Below are positions 1 through 13,702 of a stretch of DNA of 63,968 bases, in pieces (position 1 is the first letter of the stretch; every line of letters begins with the position of its first letter). The notes beneath the pieces were generated by a model that saw only the letters and a list, made by a program, of their open reading frames with translations, ran no database searches and was not told where the DNA came from. The position numbers and the translations under genes are program-made. The stretch comes from Hyphochytrium catenoides (taxonomy: Eukaryota; Protista; Hyphochytriomycota), in NCBI GenBank assembly GCA_900088475.1, contig FLMG01000355.1, positions 186,001-249,968 on the forward strand, in the 5' to 3' direction.

Positions 1-169
1 TATACATACAGCTTCTAGTCCTGAGAAACATGGAGCGAGCGTGGACACAACGTCGGGGGGTGATCCTTTGGCTCCCTGCGCATTATATGTAGATCCAGAC
101 GAAGATGGTAGAGCGCCTTCATCTTATCATGGTGCTATACATCGCCTTCATGTCCTTGACATCACTCTA

Positions 170-902
170 CTAAGAGAGTAGAGTCTTGAACTCTGGGTAC
201 TCGATCTGGCCGGAACTGTCCGAGTCCACCTTGGCTATCAGCTCCTAAATAGAAGCCTTAGCATGAAGGTGGAAGCCCGTAGAATACTGTCACGGCCAGA
301 GTATCCACTTTCATTAGATCTAGACTTACCTCAATATTTATGGTCAGACCAAAGTCGACCTTGATGATATTAACCAGAGTACTTCTCTTCACGTGACCGG
401 TTTTGTCAGGATTGCCTCCGCAAGCTACAAATGCGTCAACTGACAAAAGTTATTGGTATCAATTCCTCCACAGCATCCTTGTTTGAGGACTGATCTTCTC
501 ATTCCACGTACCCATATCAGTTTCGTCATCGTATTGGGCAGCCCTCTTCTTTTGACTCTCAATTACCTTAAGAAACTCCGTAAAATCTGTAGAGAAGATC
601 TGTTCATGTCGTGGAACTTTGAATGCGCAAAAACTGCTCTCAGTACCTATGGACCCACTCATATTATCGTCAACCTCACTAATCATCTGGAAGAGCTCCT
701 CCTCGGTCGGATTCTGGCCCATAGCTGCAAGAAGAGATAGTGGTTAATAGCAATAAGGGCGAGAAGGGAAAAATCTCGTACCCTCTAAGACTTCTCGCAG
801 CTCCCAAACATCAATTGTGCCGCTGAGATCCTTGTCAAAGGCCAAGAATGCGTCCCGACACCCATCAATCTCATCCTGACTAAGGATGCCAGCCCTCTGC
901 AT
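170..902 (-). CDS. LC4: Calmodulin-like EF-hand protein, outer-arm dynein 18 kDa light chain (LC4) type; 5 exons (902-782, 724-647, 586-512, 439-330, 244-170)
   Basis: Hand-spliced through GT-AG introns: MQRAGILSQDEIDGCRDAFLAFDKDLSGTIDVWELREVLEAMGQNPTEEELFQMISEVDDNMSGSIDFTEFLKVIE...DAFVACGGNPDKTGHV...IIKVDFGLTINIEELIAKVDSDSSGQIEYPEFKTLLS*. EF-hand loops plus the DAFVACGG...DFGLTI segment recalled from flagellar LC4. Confidence 0.85.
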
Positions 903-1433
903 AATTCAAAACTCCACCCGGTGCCAGTCTTGGCTCTGCTCACCCAGCAGCTAAGTAACCTCTCCACTGAGATGAAACGCTATCTGCGCGTTAAGCCTTT
1001 TGGGCACCCAAATTGGCGGCTTCCAGAATGCTCCAGATTGTAGAAGACGAGGTAGCTTTGTAAGCGCTCTTCCGGTCTAAGTAGAGCTCGTAATGGTTGA
1101 TGATAGATCTATATCCATACAGAGCCACCTCACCCTCGGGGCAGCGGAAGTTCAAGCGACACTTTGCGGCCTTTCCACCACTTCCGACCCTCTACTGTAC
1201 CGTTTTACTCCAGGTGCTGCTGGACAAGTAAGCTTTACCATTAAGTACAGCAGATCTAGTGGACTTATACTTACTACCGTTTGGCTAACATTTTGGGTGA
1301 AAACGCTGCCTTGCAATTACCCGCCTACTTGGGCGTGATAACCCTCCACGTACTTGTTATACTTACATAGCGCGCACTTTCTGCCCAGCTCCCAGGGACG
1401 CCATCAGCTCGGCTCTGTTGCCACAGAAGGCAA

Positions 1434-1553
1434 GGCCTGACACGGCTATACACTGATGGCCTGCCACAGCTCTACGCTGATGGCCTGACAAAGCTATACA
1501 CTGATGGCCTGACCCAGCTATACGCTAATGGCCTGACACAGCTATACACTGAT
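1434..1553. repeat. 24-bp minisatellite, 5 copies (consensus GGCCTGACACAGCTATACACTGAT)
   Basis: Five consecutive near-identical 24-nt units read directly. Confidence 0.95.
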
Positions 1554-1737
1554 GAACAGGTTAGGAGACTTGTGGCCATGCTGTGGTTTGTACCAAAATT
1601 ACATTCAGGCTTTTTATTTATTTATAGTTTAGAGATGGACACATAGAGGCCCAGAACGAAAGTGTCTGGAGCAAGAATCCGCTCCATTGCATGAGAGATA
1701 AGCATAAGAAGTCCGGCATTGAGAAGGATCTTAGGTT

Positions 1738-4700
1738 CTACTGCCCACCATCTCCCGCCTCACTACTTTGGGGCGGGGTTCCTGGTTCTTGAACAGGTGT
1801 CCCTGCCATCAGCGTCTCATGTTAGGGGTTATCAAGTAGGTACCTAGTGCGATGTAAGCCTTACAGTACCTTCAGAATCCTCATTGGCCATACCGGAAGA
1901 CTGGGTCTCAGAGAGTGCGATGCTCTCTTGCGTAGTCTCACCCTGGTTATTTCCGGACTCAACCTTGGCCTGCTTCCGGACAGGTTCAAGCCTCATAGAT
2001 TCAGTCAAGAACTGGTCTTGGGGCCGCTTGTTCCCACCCTGCGCAGTCTGTGATGCACTTGAAGTCGCCATTGGAGACGCAAAGAAGGATGAAGGCTGCT
2101 CTGACGGGGATCCAAAAACAGGCACTCCTGATCCTAATCCTAACAGAGGAAGGAAGTGGTTTAAAAATAAAGGTCAGCAGCGAGTCAGGTACGCACAAGT
2201 AAGGCCCAAACTCCACTAGGATATCCAGCTCTAGAAAGTGAGAGACGAAAACTAATGGACCCACTACCTGGTGCTGTTGGTGAGGGAGATGGGAGAGGGA
2301 GGTTGATTCCCGGCTTTCCAAACACGAGAGGGCTTTTGCTCGCGTTTGCTGAAGGAGGGTTCAGGGGGAGGAAAGGCGAAGATTGCCCATGGGAAGTGGG
2401 AGGAGGAGAGCTGACGGTAGGCACAACTCCAGCTGCGTCACCCATTTGTTCCTCTACATTTCCTGGGGCCGCTGCGTCCCGCAGCCCAGCCTCAGCGACA
2501 GCTCCTTGCTTGACTCCAACTGTAACTCCTCCGGTCTTGGGCTCTGCCGGTTTTGTCACCGGAGTGATCAAGTTGGAGAATGTAGGCGGGGCAGCCTTAG
2601 CCTCTGCTGGTGACGCTTTGGCGGCATTCTGAGTAGCAATGAATCCCTTTGACATTGCTAGGGGTACTGCTTTTGCTGCCGATCCGGGTGTCGCCTTCGC
2701 CGGTGGTTTGGCTCTCATAGATTGCAAGGCAATGCGCCTAAGTTGCGCCTCTGGAGATTCCGTTGAGGCTTCGGCGGCAGGCAGCTCCTTGGTCTGTGCT
2801 AGGGCTGGTGGAGCTGAAGGAGGAGACGGCTGCGAGATTGAGGGAGGAGTTTCTTTTGAAGGTGGAAACTGGGCAGGCGTCTTGCTAGCAGCTAGCTTAG
2901 CTCCCCCAGCTTCCTCCACGGGAGAGGAAGGGGAAGATGGCTGTTTTTCGGAAGGTGCTTCTTCCTCCTCCATCTTACCCTCTCCTCCCTCGCCAGAAGG
3001 AGCCGTTATTCCCTTGTCCTGACGAAGGTCTTGCACCTCCTTCTGCAGTTCCTTGATTCTTTTCCCGGAGTCCTTCATTACCCTCATAAGCCGGTTTCTC
3101 TTCTCTTTCTCCGCTTCCATAGCATCCTCCAGCTTCTTTCGCTCCACAGCTGCCGACTGTTTCTCCTCTTCCTGTTTCTTCTGAAGAGCAGTCAACTCCG
3201 CTCGCACACCGGCAAGCTCCACATTCTTTGCCTCTACTTCCTTTCTTGAAGACTCAAGAGAGGAGCGTAGTTGTTCGACCTCTCTTTCTTTCTCCTCCAG
3301 ACTCTTTTTAAGCTGCTCAACCTCCCTTCGAAGGGCCTCAAGCTGTGATGAAGCAGCAGCTGCAGATGTTTCCTCGGTAGCCTACATATAGCGTCGAATG
3401 GGTAAGGGCTGCTGAGAGGAGTATGACAGAGAAGAGACTAGAAGTGAAGTGGTGCCAGAGAGAGCGCGCTGACAGGATCGCGGTCGTACCGCTGTTGTGC
3501 GCATAGCCTCCTGAAGCCTCTGCTTCTCCTCCTCAAACTCCTTAGTGCTCCGGCTTAGATTTTCCTCCAAGTCCTTGACGCGAGCTTTGAGAGCTGGATA
3601 TTCAATAATAGTGATCAAGACATTAGACTAAGATACTGAAGCCCCGGTAGAACAAGTAGAGGTACAGGACACGGAAGGGCACAGACAGAATTGGTGATTG
3701 GCTTCAGACCAACTGCACTCCTCTCTACCTTCAGCTTGTCCCTTCCACTGCTTGGCAAACTTCCTGAGATTGAGATTGGCACCTTCGGCATTAGTCCGCG
3801 CTTTCTTCGCGTCCTCTAGTTCGTTCTGAGTATAGAGTCCATCAGATAATAGTCTTAGCATCAAACTGCATTTCCTCTTATCCTTCTTTAAAAGTGCCTT
3901 CCTTCTTTGGACCAGAACGCCTGAAGTTGTTACCTTGGTCTGGTCCAGTTCCTTGGTCTGACCCTCTAAACGGCCATTGAGTTCCGCTGCCTCCTTTTGC
4001 GCTTTCTCCTTCAATTCCCGGAGCTCGCGCTCCAAGGTTGCGTGCGCTTCAGGGTCAACCTGAAGAACAGGGGGACATTAAGAACATGAGAGTGAAAAAA
4101 AGGAGATTTCTCTCTAGCAACATCGCCTTTCCGCTGCTTACGGCCCCCAGCCAGCCGCCTTTCTCACGCTATGCCTCTCGCTTTGGCTTAGCTAAGTTGC
4201 AGCGAGTTCTCATCACCCTCCTTGGTCCTGTCACCCACTGACCTGATGGTACTTGTCTACCAATTGGTCTACTCTGGCCTTCCATCGGGCATTTGCCTCG
4301 GTAAGACCTGCTATTTGGGCCTTCAAGGAGGAGAGTTCTGCCTCCGCTAGGGTCTTTTCTCGTCTCAATGGCTCGCGCTCATCACGCAACCTCTTCACTT
4401 CTTTCTCTAGCTCTTGTGCTCTCTTTTCCCTGCGCTCGCTCTCCTCCCTCAGCATGGCATTGCTCTCTCTAAGGAGTGTCAGCTGCTGCACCTGTGCTAG
4501 GAGCTTGGCGTGCTCTGAATCATCTCTGCAAAGGTAATGAGGCGTTTGTCAGGCAACTTTAATTGCAGTTGGCAACGAGGATACTGCGTATCCTCGCCGT
4601 AGCCTCTTTCTCTCTATTATGGGGTTTCCACCTTTCCAACAGAGTGGACTTTCCCTACCGAGTCCCTAAGGTGTTATTAGCCACTTTCCTCTGTACCATT

Positions 4701-7700
4701 AGTTTCTTACCTGGCATCGGCATCACTCTTCTCAATTGCCCTCTCCAGCTCCTTCCTTAGCTTTTCTATATTCTGCTGTTGTTGAGCCACTTGAGCCTGC
4801 AGCCGCCTTCCTTCTTCCCTTGCCAGCTCCAATTTCCCTTGGCTAATGTCTTTCTCTCTTCTCAGGTGTCTGACTAGCTCGCGTAGCTCTGTGACAATGT
4901 GCTCCTATGGAAAGTGTCATTGGATGCAGCGAGAGAAGAGAAAGAGAAACCCTTTATCAGATGGAGCGCTTCTACTAGTTACGCCGTTTAGGTTAGGATG
5001 CTAATACACAGAAGGAGCGGGAGAGGATGATTCCCACCTTTTCAGTGCTCTCAGGAGCTTGAGCAGAGGAGGAACCGGCCAGTGCGCGATCCTCCCTTTC
5101 GTTCTGAAGTGACTTTAGCTGCTGCGTCAATGCCTGGAACTGTGAGTGTAGCAGGTTGTTCTGGCTCTCCAAGCTGACCAAGCGCTCTGACATCTCCATC
5201 TTCTCTCTTTCTCCTTCCTGAGTCCTATTTAGAATTCAGAGGTCAATCATAGAAGTAAAGCCCACACTACTAGTAGGAAACTAACACGGAAAGAGAGAGA
5301 CCAAACCAAGGAGTTCCACCATATTTTGAACTGGTAGACTAGCAAAAAGAGATATGTAGACGACTGACACTTGCAGGGGCAAGAGGAAACAATAACGGAG
5401 ATCCAACAGGTTAGGGCGAAAAACTATCATACCTTCGGGTATTCTCCATCTCCTTCTCCATCAGCCTTGCGGTTAGTTCTGCCACCTTCTCTCTCTCTTG
5501 GTCAGCAAGGCTCTTTCTTCTTTCAAGTTCCGCCTTCAGCTCAGAAGTTAGTGCTGCATCTGCGGCGTGGAGCTGGAGTTCTCTCTGATAGTTTGCTTGG
5601 GCCTCTCGAGCTGCCTTAGCCTGCACCTCCAGGTCCTTCGACAGGGCAGAAAGGCGCTGCTCAAGCTGTTGCCTCTCCTGAGCAGTCGAAGCGAGATCCG
5701 TTTGGTGCCTGAGAGACAATAGTACCATACGCGAGGGATGGGAAACCAAAAACTGAGTGTTAGGGGTTGTCCACGGCGAGGACTGAGAAGCAAGATAGGG
5801 TTTTCTTGGCCCAGATAAGCTTAGGGTACAAATAAAGAGCCCACTAAAATAAAGGGTATCTCTATAAGGAAAGGGTGATAGACCCGGACTAGGAGAAAAT
5901 ACGTCTGATCGTCTTTGACAAGAATGAGGTAGAACCAAAGATTCGGTATGCACCTTGCTCGTTCTTTTTCTCTTTCTTCCATTAGGCGATCAATCTCTTC
6001 TCGCAGCTTGTTCGCATCGCCAATGCTCTCTTTCAAGTTCCTTTGTACTGCTTGTAGCTCCTCTCTCGCTTTCGCTCCTTCTCGTTCCGCTTTCTCCAAC
6101 TTGGCGGTATGCTCTTCCTTCCATTGCGAAGAAGCTGCGGAGAGCTCAGCTAGAGCTTTCTCATTAGCCATAGAAACAGCCTTGTACTGCTTGACCTGCT
6201 CTGTGAGGTCCCTTGCTGCAGCCTTTGCAGCTGTAAGCTCCTGTTCCTTCGCCCTCAGCTGCAAATGAAGGGAGCCAGTCTCGTCCTCTCCCTCCGTCCG
6301 CTCCTGGCCCTCATTCCGAGAAAGGTATGCAGAGCGGCTCTGCTCTCTAACATGGGCAAGTTCCTTCTCCAAGCGCGAAATGAGCTGCTGCTTGGAGAGA
6401 AGTTGATTGTCTTTCTCCGCGGCTCTCTCTCTCAACGCACTAGCCTCGGAAATCGCAGCCTCCAGCTTCTCATGGCTGGCCTTCAGATCAAGAGCAGCTT
6501 GATGCTGGAGCTGTAGACAGGGCGAAACGAGAGAGACCTTAAGAAAAGTCATCCAAAAATAAGGGTAAAAGAAAGACAAGGATGGTGCGACGCGACTTGG
6601 CACACGAGCGCATCAAAAGGCGGATTGAGTCCCAAAGGGGCGGTCAGAAATAGAGAAAGACATTAGTGGACTCGAGCCAGCCCTAACTACAATAGCGAAA
6701 GTGGGAGGGACGGCAGTGTTTGATCATAGTACTTCATACCTGCCGCTGGAGCGCTTGACTCTCTTCAAGACTTTCTCTGGCCTTCTCCGCAGCCTTCTTT
6801 TGATGGTCGATCTCCGTCAGCAGCCTCTCTCTTTCTTCCATAGCTCTGCTCTGCAGTTCCCTCTCTATGTTCTGGACGCTTTCCAGTAATCTCATGAGCC
6901 TTGCAGAGTCCTCACGGAGCTTTGCATTCTCTTCTTCTAGCCTTTTCTGCGCACTTTCTGATATCTCCTTTTCTATCGTCAGGTTTGAGATCCTGAGATT
7001 GGCACTTCTTAAAGCTTCTGCAGAACTCTGAACTCGAGCCTCTAGCTCTTGAAGTTGCTTCTGGTGCGAAAGTAGAAGAGCCTGAAGCTCGCCATTCTTT
7101 CCTCTGAGCCTACCGGCTTCTTCCTCAGCAGCTACTCTGATACCTTCCAAGCTTTCATACCGCTGCTGCAAGAACCTGCGGAGGGAATAGTAAGCCACGA
7201 AGCCCCAGAAGTCTAGAGTGACGAGCTTGCGCAATGCTCTTCAAAACGCAGCCCTGACTGATGAAAGACAATACTCCTAGGGCAAATAGGCTAGGCTAAG
7301 AGACGAGCTAGGGCGGGGATGAAGACAGAAGAGAACTGGCGCGGGTCCAAGGAGGTTTGTTGAACGGGATAATGGGAACAGGGATGAACGAGAGATTTTA
7401 GGACTAACCTAGCCTCCGCTTGGGCCTGACTGGCAGCAACCTTATCCTGAGCTCCCTCCGCGCGCAGCTTGTTGATTTGCTCCTGCAGCATCTGCTCTGT
7501 CTTCCTCTTTTCAACTTTATAGTCATCAAACTCTTGCTGCAGTTCTCTCAGCATCTCTCTGGCAGTGCTATCGTAGGTCACAGCTGCACGGGAGGAGGAG
7601 AGCCCGCTCTCCTGGCCTTGCTGTGCAGCGAGCTCCCCTTCATTGGCGGGCACAATGGCCGTTCTGTGTTCCGCAGGCGTCCCCGAGAGAAATCGTTTGT

Positions 7701-10207
7701 CGGCCTGCGCAAGCAGGACTCTGTACATATCTCTTTGCTGCACTATGCCAGCAAACATCTCCTGCTGTCTCTCTCTCCTCTCTCTTAGGTCCTCCAGCTC
7801 CTGTTGTAGCTTTTCGACCAGCTGTTGCATCTTTTGGTCCTCGACCTGCTCTTTTACTCTTAACTCCTTCTCTCTATCATCGGAGAGGCGCCTGATAACC
7901 TTCAACAACTGCAGATTTCTTGACTGTAGTTCCACAATGTCTCGAAAGGTGACCAGGTTCTCAGTGATTATAACCTCAGCGGGGCTCTGAGGTGGAAGAG
8001 ATGAGAGAGGAGACGCTGTTGGGGCAGGTATGAGACTCTGCTGCTTGCTGGGCGTCCGGAAGGGTGTGCCAGGTGAGAGAAGAAGCTGCCCTGCACCTCC
8101 AAGCCCTGGACCTCCTTGCGAAAGTCCAATCTGTTGCTTAAGGAGATGCTGGACTTGACGACTTAGGTCGTCAACTTCTCTTCTTAGTGATTTGTTCTCC
8201 TCCTCGTAAGTCTCTCTCTCTGCCCTCTCCTTCTCCAGCCGTTCCTTCTGTGCCTCTAGATCTCTATGCGCTAGATCTAGCTGCCTGCTCAGCTTGTCAT
8301 GGTACGCAAGCGCTCTCTCGTAATCCGCTCTCTGTCCCAAAATGATTGGCGCCTTCTCCTCTACCTCTCTCAACACCTGACCCAGGTAGAGTTCTGCCTC
8401 TTCCCTCGCGGTCTGAGCTTTGCGTAGCTCGTCTTGGAGTTCCGAAATTCTCCCTACAAGGTCAGTGAGAGTATATCCCTGTTCAGCCAAGTACTTTTCA
8501 GCAGCGAGAGCTGATGTGTCTCGAACAGAGAGCGCTCTTCGGGCTGCCTCTCCAAAGCCTGCACCGCCGGGCCCCTTCGCATCCTCCAGTTCTTTCTTCA
8601 GGACGGACATCTGCTGCTCTAGGTCAGCAACTTTGGCCTCTGAACTTTCTGCTTGTTGCTTAAGAAGCTCTTCACTATCCTTCTTGAGTCGAGCGCGCTC
8701 CTGCTCTGCCTCATCCACCGCTGATTTCAGTGAAGTGATCACATTCTCCAAACGAGAGACCTTCGAGGAGGCTTCCTCGGAGGATTCCTAAAGATGTATG
8801 GGACATTGGGGTCAGACTGGGATAGAGGCATTGCGCATCTTAGTCCCCTTATACAGCCCCTGACAGAGTCTCTTGCAGCATTTCGCGCGTTCAACTGGCT
8901 CTCCACTGCTCACCTTATAGAGTTGAGTCAAACGTGCTTGAGTCGCTAGTTCACGCTGCGCCTGGGCTTCGCTGTCCAGTAAGTTCTGTTGTAGTTCCTT
9001 CACCTTTTCTCTCTCTTCTGCTAGCATCTTCTCGTGCCTTGCCGCCTTTTCTTTCCAAGCTTTCAACTGTTTGTTGAGTCCCTCTCCCTCCTCCTTCAGC
9101 TGCAAGTTGCTGCTTTGCAGTTCCATGACCCGCTCTGAATGCTGCTTCTTGAGCTGCAAAACTCTGCTGGAGGACTCAGCCAGCTGTTGCTCCAGCCAGG
9201 AGTTTTGCTTGCTTAGCGCGTCTTTTTCCTGGTTCAGGCGATCTACGGTCATTTGTAGAGGGACCTGTCAAAAAGAGACTAATATGAGTTTGTTGAAAGA
9301 CCGATTTAAATATATCCACTACTCACACAGTGAGAGTGAGTAGAAGAGATATAGCGTAGCAATGAGCCTAACAAGAATTTATACTCACGGCGTCTGAGCT
9401 CACTTCCGAGATCTTCCTTTGGAGCTCTGTCTCCCGTTTCTGGCTCTCGAGCAGCTTGTCTGTCAAGCTTCGAATGTCCTCTGGTATGAAAGATGAAAGG
9501 TAGGTTCAAGGGTTAGACTAGGCATGTAAGACCTCGCTTGAAGAGGGTTCCATTTGCGTACCTCGCAAGGAAGCGAGTTCGGAATATCTTCGGTCGGCGA
9601 GCTGCTGCGCGTCTCGCTTCTCTGCCAGGGAAACCTCTAGAGAGGACCGCGTCTGCTGGAGCTGACTTTTTACGTCTCCCAGCTGCTCTTCCAAAGTCTT
9701 GACCTGCTTTGAAAGCGAGGAGTTCTGGGTCTCTAAAGTGGAGGAGGAAACGAGTGCATAGTAAGCATGATAAAGTCCACTTAATAAATACGAAGCTCTG
9801 GGGATGGAGGCAAGGGAATGGTGATTAATAGACTCACCAAGCTCCTTGTTTTCATTGATGAGAACATCCTTCTGTGATCTCAGTAGTGTGAAGTCCTTCT
9901 GAAGCTTTATAAATCGTTTTTCCAGGTCATGAAATAGCTGGTCTGCAGGCGGATGATTAGGCTATGAAAGCTCTCAGGCGGATGATTAGGCTATGAAAGC
10001 TCTCTAAAATACAGAGCGAAAGACATCTGGACCAGACCACGAAATTTCTTGTACCGCGTTTGAACATTTCTTAGAGACAAAGAGACAACACATCGAATAT
10101 CTAGATGCCCTTCCCGGACCTCGGTTGATGTCCTCAATGTGCTTCTGTGTCATCTCGCCTGACTCTTCTACGTCTGCCATGGTCTCTTCAGAGTCCTGCA
10201 GACTCAT
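1738..10207 (-). CDS. TPR: Nuclear pore basket protein Tpr/Mlp1-like, multi-exon coiled-coil protein (start ATG 10207 or 10180)
   Basis: Long coiled-coil exons with Tpr/Mlp motifs: YLGQVLREVEEKAPII..QRADYERA, ENLVTFRDIVELQSRNLQLLKVIRRL, VQQRDMYRVLL, AQANYQRELQLHA, QLTLLRESNAMLREE, WKARVDQLVDKY. Low-complexity P/S/A-rich C-terminus; stop TAG at 1740-1738 after a short last intron. Confidence 0.9.
9946..10003. repeat. Perfect 29-bp tandem duplication inside the first Tpr intron
   Basis: CAGGCGGATGATTAGGCTATGAAAGCTCT x2. Confidence 0.95.
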
Positions 10208-10606
10208 CACACCCGATGTCGTCACCGTGAGTATGAGAACGTAATGCGCGTTTCCAGGACGCGCTCTCCTATGCAGGCCGGTTCCCGCTGCACTGTGACC
10301 GTCCTCAAAAGGATGGCAACACCTATCTGCAGTTCTTTCGCCTCCCAAGCGCAGTAAACAACTTGGGACGACGTGGACACTGTTGATCGGATCCGCTGAA
10401 GCTTCACATCTCCTGCCCTTCCATCTGCAGACTCGATCCACAGATCTCTCAGATTCCCAATGATCTTTTTGTCAAACAGAAACACCACACCAACACACCA
10501 GGCAACTATTCATAATACCATGAGTTCAGATTTACCATTGTCAAAGGAAAAGGGGCAGTGTATTTCTGATTATGGTGTAAGAACACGTACATTACATTCA
10601 GAATGA

Positions 10607-10648
10607 AAGGCTATTTATATTGAACATAAGGCTATTTATATTGAATAT
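10607..10648. repeat. 21-bp tandem duplication in the divergent Tpr/PYROXD2 intergenic region
   Basis: AAGGCTATTTATATTGAACAT / AAGGCTATTTATATTGAATAT. Confidence 0.9.
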
Positions 10649-11141
10649 AGTGTTCATTTTTAGCTGTCCTTCAGAGCTCCCCCAGGACTACCAGAGATAT
10701 GAAGTTTACTGTGGAGACGGTAGAATAACTCTATCTCCTCATTAGAGCCAGGTGGTCTTCCTTGATTTATCCCTCCAGTACTAGACATTTCTCTATAAGG
10801 GTCACAACATCATCAGAAGCCTTCCTAGCAACTTCAACAGCAGGCCCGAAAGTGCCACTTCAGCGAATCATCAGCACCGATGATCTCTCTCTTGTGTCTC
10901 TCATTCTCTTCTCTTTCTCACTTTCTTCTCTCTCTCTCATCTCTCTCTCTTTCTCCCTCTTTCTCTCTCGCTCGCTCTCGCTCTTCTCTCTCTTCCTCTC
11001 TCATCCTTTACCGGGAGGTGATCTTTATCAGGAAAAAGATTTACGGCGTGTACTTGCCCGCCGACGCATAAAGGAAATCTTGCCTGGGCTCGCCTAGGTG
11101 CTCACTTCTGGATCATCTTTAGACTATGTGCAGTCATTTGG

Positions 11142-13443
11142 ATGGGGATCAAACTTGCTTCCCGTACTCTACTTTGCAGAAGGGGCGCCGCTTCCTGGCG
11201 ACCCTGCTGTCTGCCGACATGCAGACCGACTCGTACAGCCTCCACTTTTTCAAGTCCAGTGCATGAAGGGTCAAAAGATGACTTGTTCTTCGGGCGATAT
11301 GAGGCTCCAGCGCCCGGGCTCTTCCTCGCGCCGGCCCACCGCAAGCGTGATGTCATCATCGTGGGCGGTGGCCACAATGGACTGACGGCAGCTGCGTACT
11401 TGGCACGTCAGGGACTGGATGTCCTTGTGCTTGAACGGCGACATCTTGTCGGAGGAGCCGCTGTGACGGAGGAGATCGTCCCAGGGTTCAAGTTTTCAAG
11501 GTCAGGAATTCTTCTTTCAGACCTTAGTTCGTACTCGGGCTCGCTCTTGCATGCTTAGAAGTAAGCCTGTATCTAATGAATTTGGACAGAGGCATCACCA
11601 AATCACTTTGCTCTGCTTCTCTCTCTCTCGTTGCTGGTTCTCATCGTGATCTTTACAGAGCATCGTACTTGGCGGGCCTCCTGCGGCCTCAGATCATTAG
11701 GGAGCTGGAGCTAGAGAAGTATGGCCTCAAGTACCTCTCGCGTGACCCCTCTTCTTTCACTCCTACTCCGCTTGATGGCCCGTACAAGGGGAAATCACTC
11801 ATTCTAGGGGCCAATGAGGACGAAAACTGGCGGTCCATAGCTCAATTTTCTCAAGCGGACGCAGATAACTTTCCAAAGTATGAAGAGTTTCTTGGAGAGA
11901 TTCGAGACATAGTAAGCCCTCTTCTGGATGGCGCTCCTCCTCAGCCCTTTCAGGGTAGGTGGAGAGAGAAACTCCGCACCTTGCAGCAGATCCGAACGCT
12001 GATAAGAGTCGGAGGTAGGCATAGAGAGGCTTTGGTGCCATTTTATGAGCTATTCACTGGCCCTGCGACACAAATCTTAGATCAGTGGTTTGAAAGTGAA
12101 ATTCTGAAGGTGACACTAGCCACTGATGCTGTCATCGGGGCCATGTGCAGTCCCTCCCAAGTGGGTTCCGCATACGTTCTCCTGCATCATGTGATGGGAG
12201 AGGCAGCGGGCAGAAAAGGTGTTTGGGCGTATGTAGAGGGAGGAATGGGGCGCATCTCTGACAGTCTTAGCCGAGCTGCGCAAAGCTTTGGAGCTGAGAT
12301 AGCTGTAAACGCAACTGTTCAGCGGTTCCTGATTGACCAGGGAGGACGAAAAGTGCGGGGAGTGGAGCTTACAGACGGGACGGAGATGTATGCGGACACT
12401 GTTCTTTCAAACTGCAACCCTTATCATACTTTCCTGGAGTTGGCGCAAGCCGCCAATAAGGACCCAGACATTGTGCCTGAGAGGTAACTGCATAAACTTG
12501 GTTCCTTGGTACTCTCTCCTTTGTTGCTGGGACCTTTATCTATCCTTATTCTCTAGTCCTCCCTCCACACGTGGTTGCTATCACTCCTGCGAAGCTGTTG
12601 AGACTTATACATAAGCAAGAGTTCCATTCGTCAGCCCTCACACCCGCTTGCCACTTCATTACATCCCGTTTCCTCCTCTAAATACTCATGGTCTCCCCTC
12701 TTTTCCAGTTTTTCCAAGCGACTGCAAGTGGCTGACTACTCCTGCGGCGCCATGAAGATAAACTGCGCCGTGGATCGGCTGCCGGATTTCGCTTGTCTAC
12801 CCACCCCTTCAGGGGTGCATCACGCTCCCCACCACCGCGCAACGATTCACTTTGAGAACCGCATCGCTGAGATGGAGAGTGCCTTTCAGCAGGCCGTAAA
12901 AGGGAAGATCCCAAAGAAGCCAGTCATAGAGATGACCATTCCGTCTTCTTTAGACAATACTCTTGCTCCTGAGGGAAAGCACGTAGTACAGCTTTTCATT
13001 CAGTACGTCCCGTATGATCTCCACCCATCTGAAGGTAGCTGGGAGGATCCTGCTGTGAAAGAAAAGCTTGCAGATAGGATCTTTTCAGTTATCGAGGATC
13101 ATGTGCCAGGCTTCTCCGCCTCTGTGATCGGGAGAGATATCCTCTCCCCTTTGGATCTAGAAAGAATTTTTGGACTGTACAAGGGAAACATTTTCCACGG
13201 CTCTCTATCACTCCATCAGCTAGGATACGCACGACCCGCTCCGGGCTACAGCAGCTACCGTTCGCCGATCCCAGGGCTTTATATGTGTGGAGCAGGTAGA
13301 AGGAGACATGGAAGATAAAAATGGTTGATCCACTCTAATCTCGTGATGTTTCATTCCTAGGCACACACCCTGGAGGCGGTGTAATGGGCGCAGCTGGGCG
13401 GAATTGCGCGATGACCGTGCTAAGCGACCTCAATATAGCATGA
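11142..13443 (+). CDS. PYROXD2: Pyridine nucleotide-disulfide oxidoreductase domain protein 2 (phytoene-desaturase-like FAD oxidoreductase); 4 exons (11142-11500, 11659-12483, 12709-13295, 13361-13443)
   Basis: FAD-binding [46 protein letters not shown]; [12 protein letters not shown]; [17 protein letters not shown]; [24 protein letters not shown]-rich N-terminus resembles a mitochondrial transit peptide. Intron phases are consistent. Confidence 0.93.
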
Positions 13444-13702
13444 CATAGGTTCCAGGGTGTAGAAAGCTCCCTGACCACTCAGCCAAGGCTGGATCCCCTC
13501 GCTACCAGCAGGACATGCACAAATTGCACTCTGCTCATTGCGGTCTGCTCTCGCCGGCGGCGAACTATTGCAATCATCGATGATCCCGCAAACTATGTGT
13601 CTCCACAACAAGTTCTGTCCTTTGAACTGCAGCTAGTACTTTCTAATGCACTTACATAACCTCAGGCTTGTACTACTTCTGTATCTATCACAGAGAAGGT
13701 CC

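Noticed and set aside
1434-1553. Possible CRISPR-like array
   Set aside because: Units are contiguous with no unique spacers, there are no cas genes, and the context is eukaryotic.
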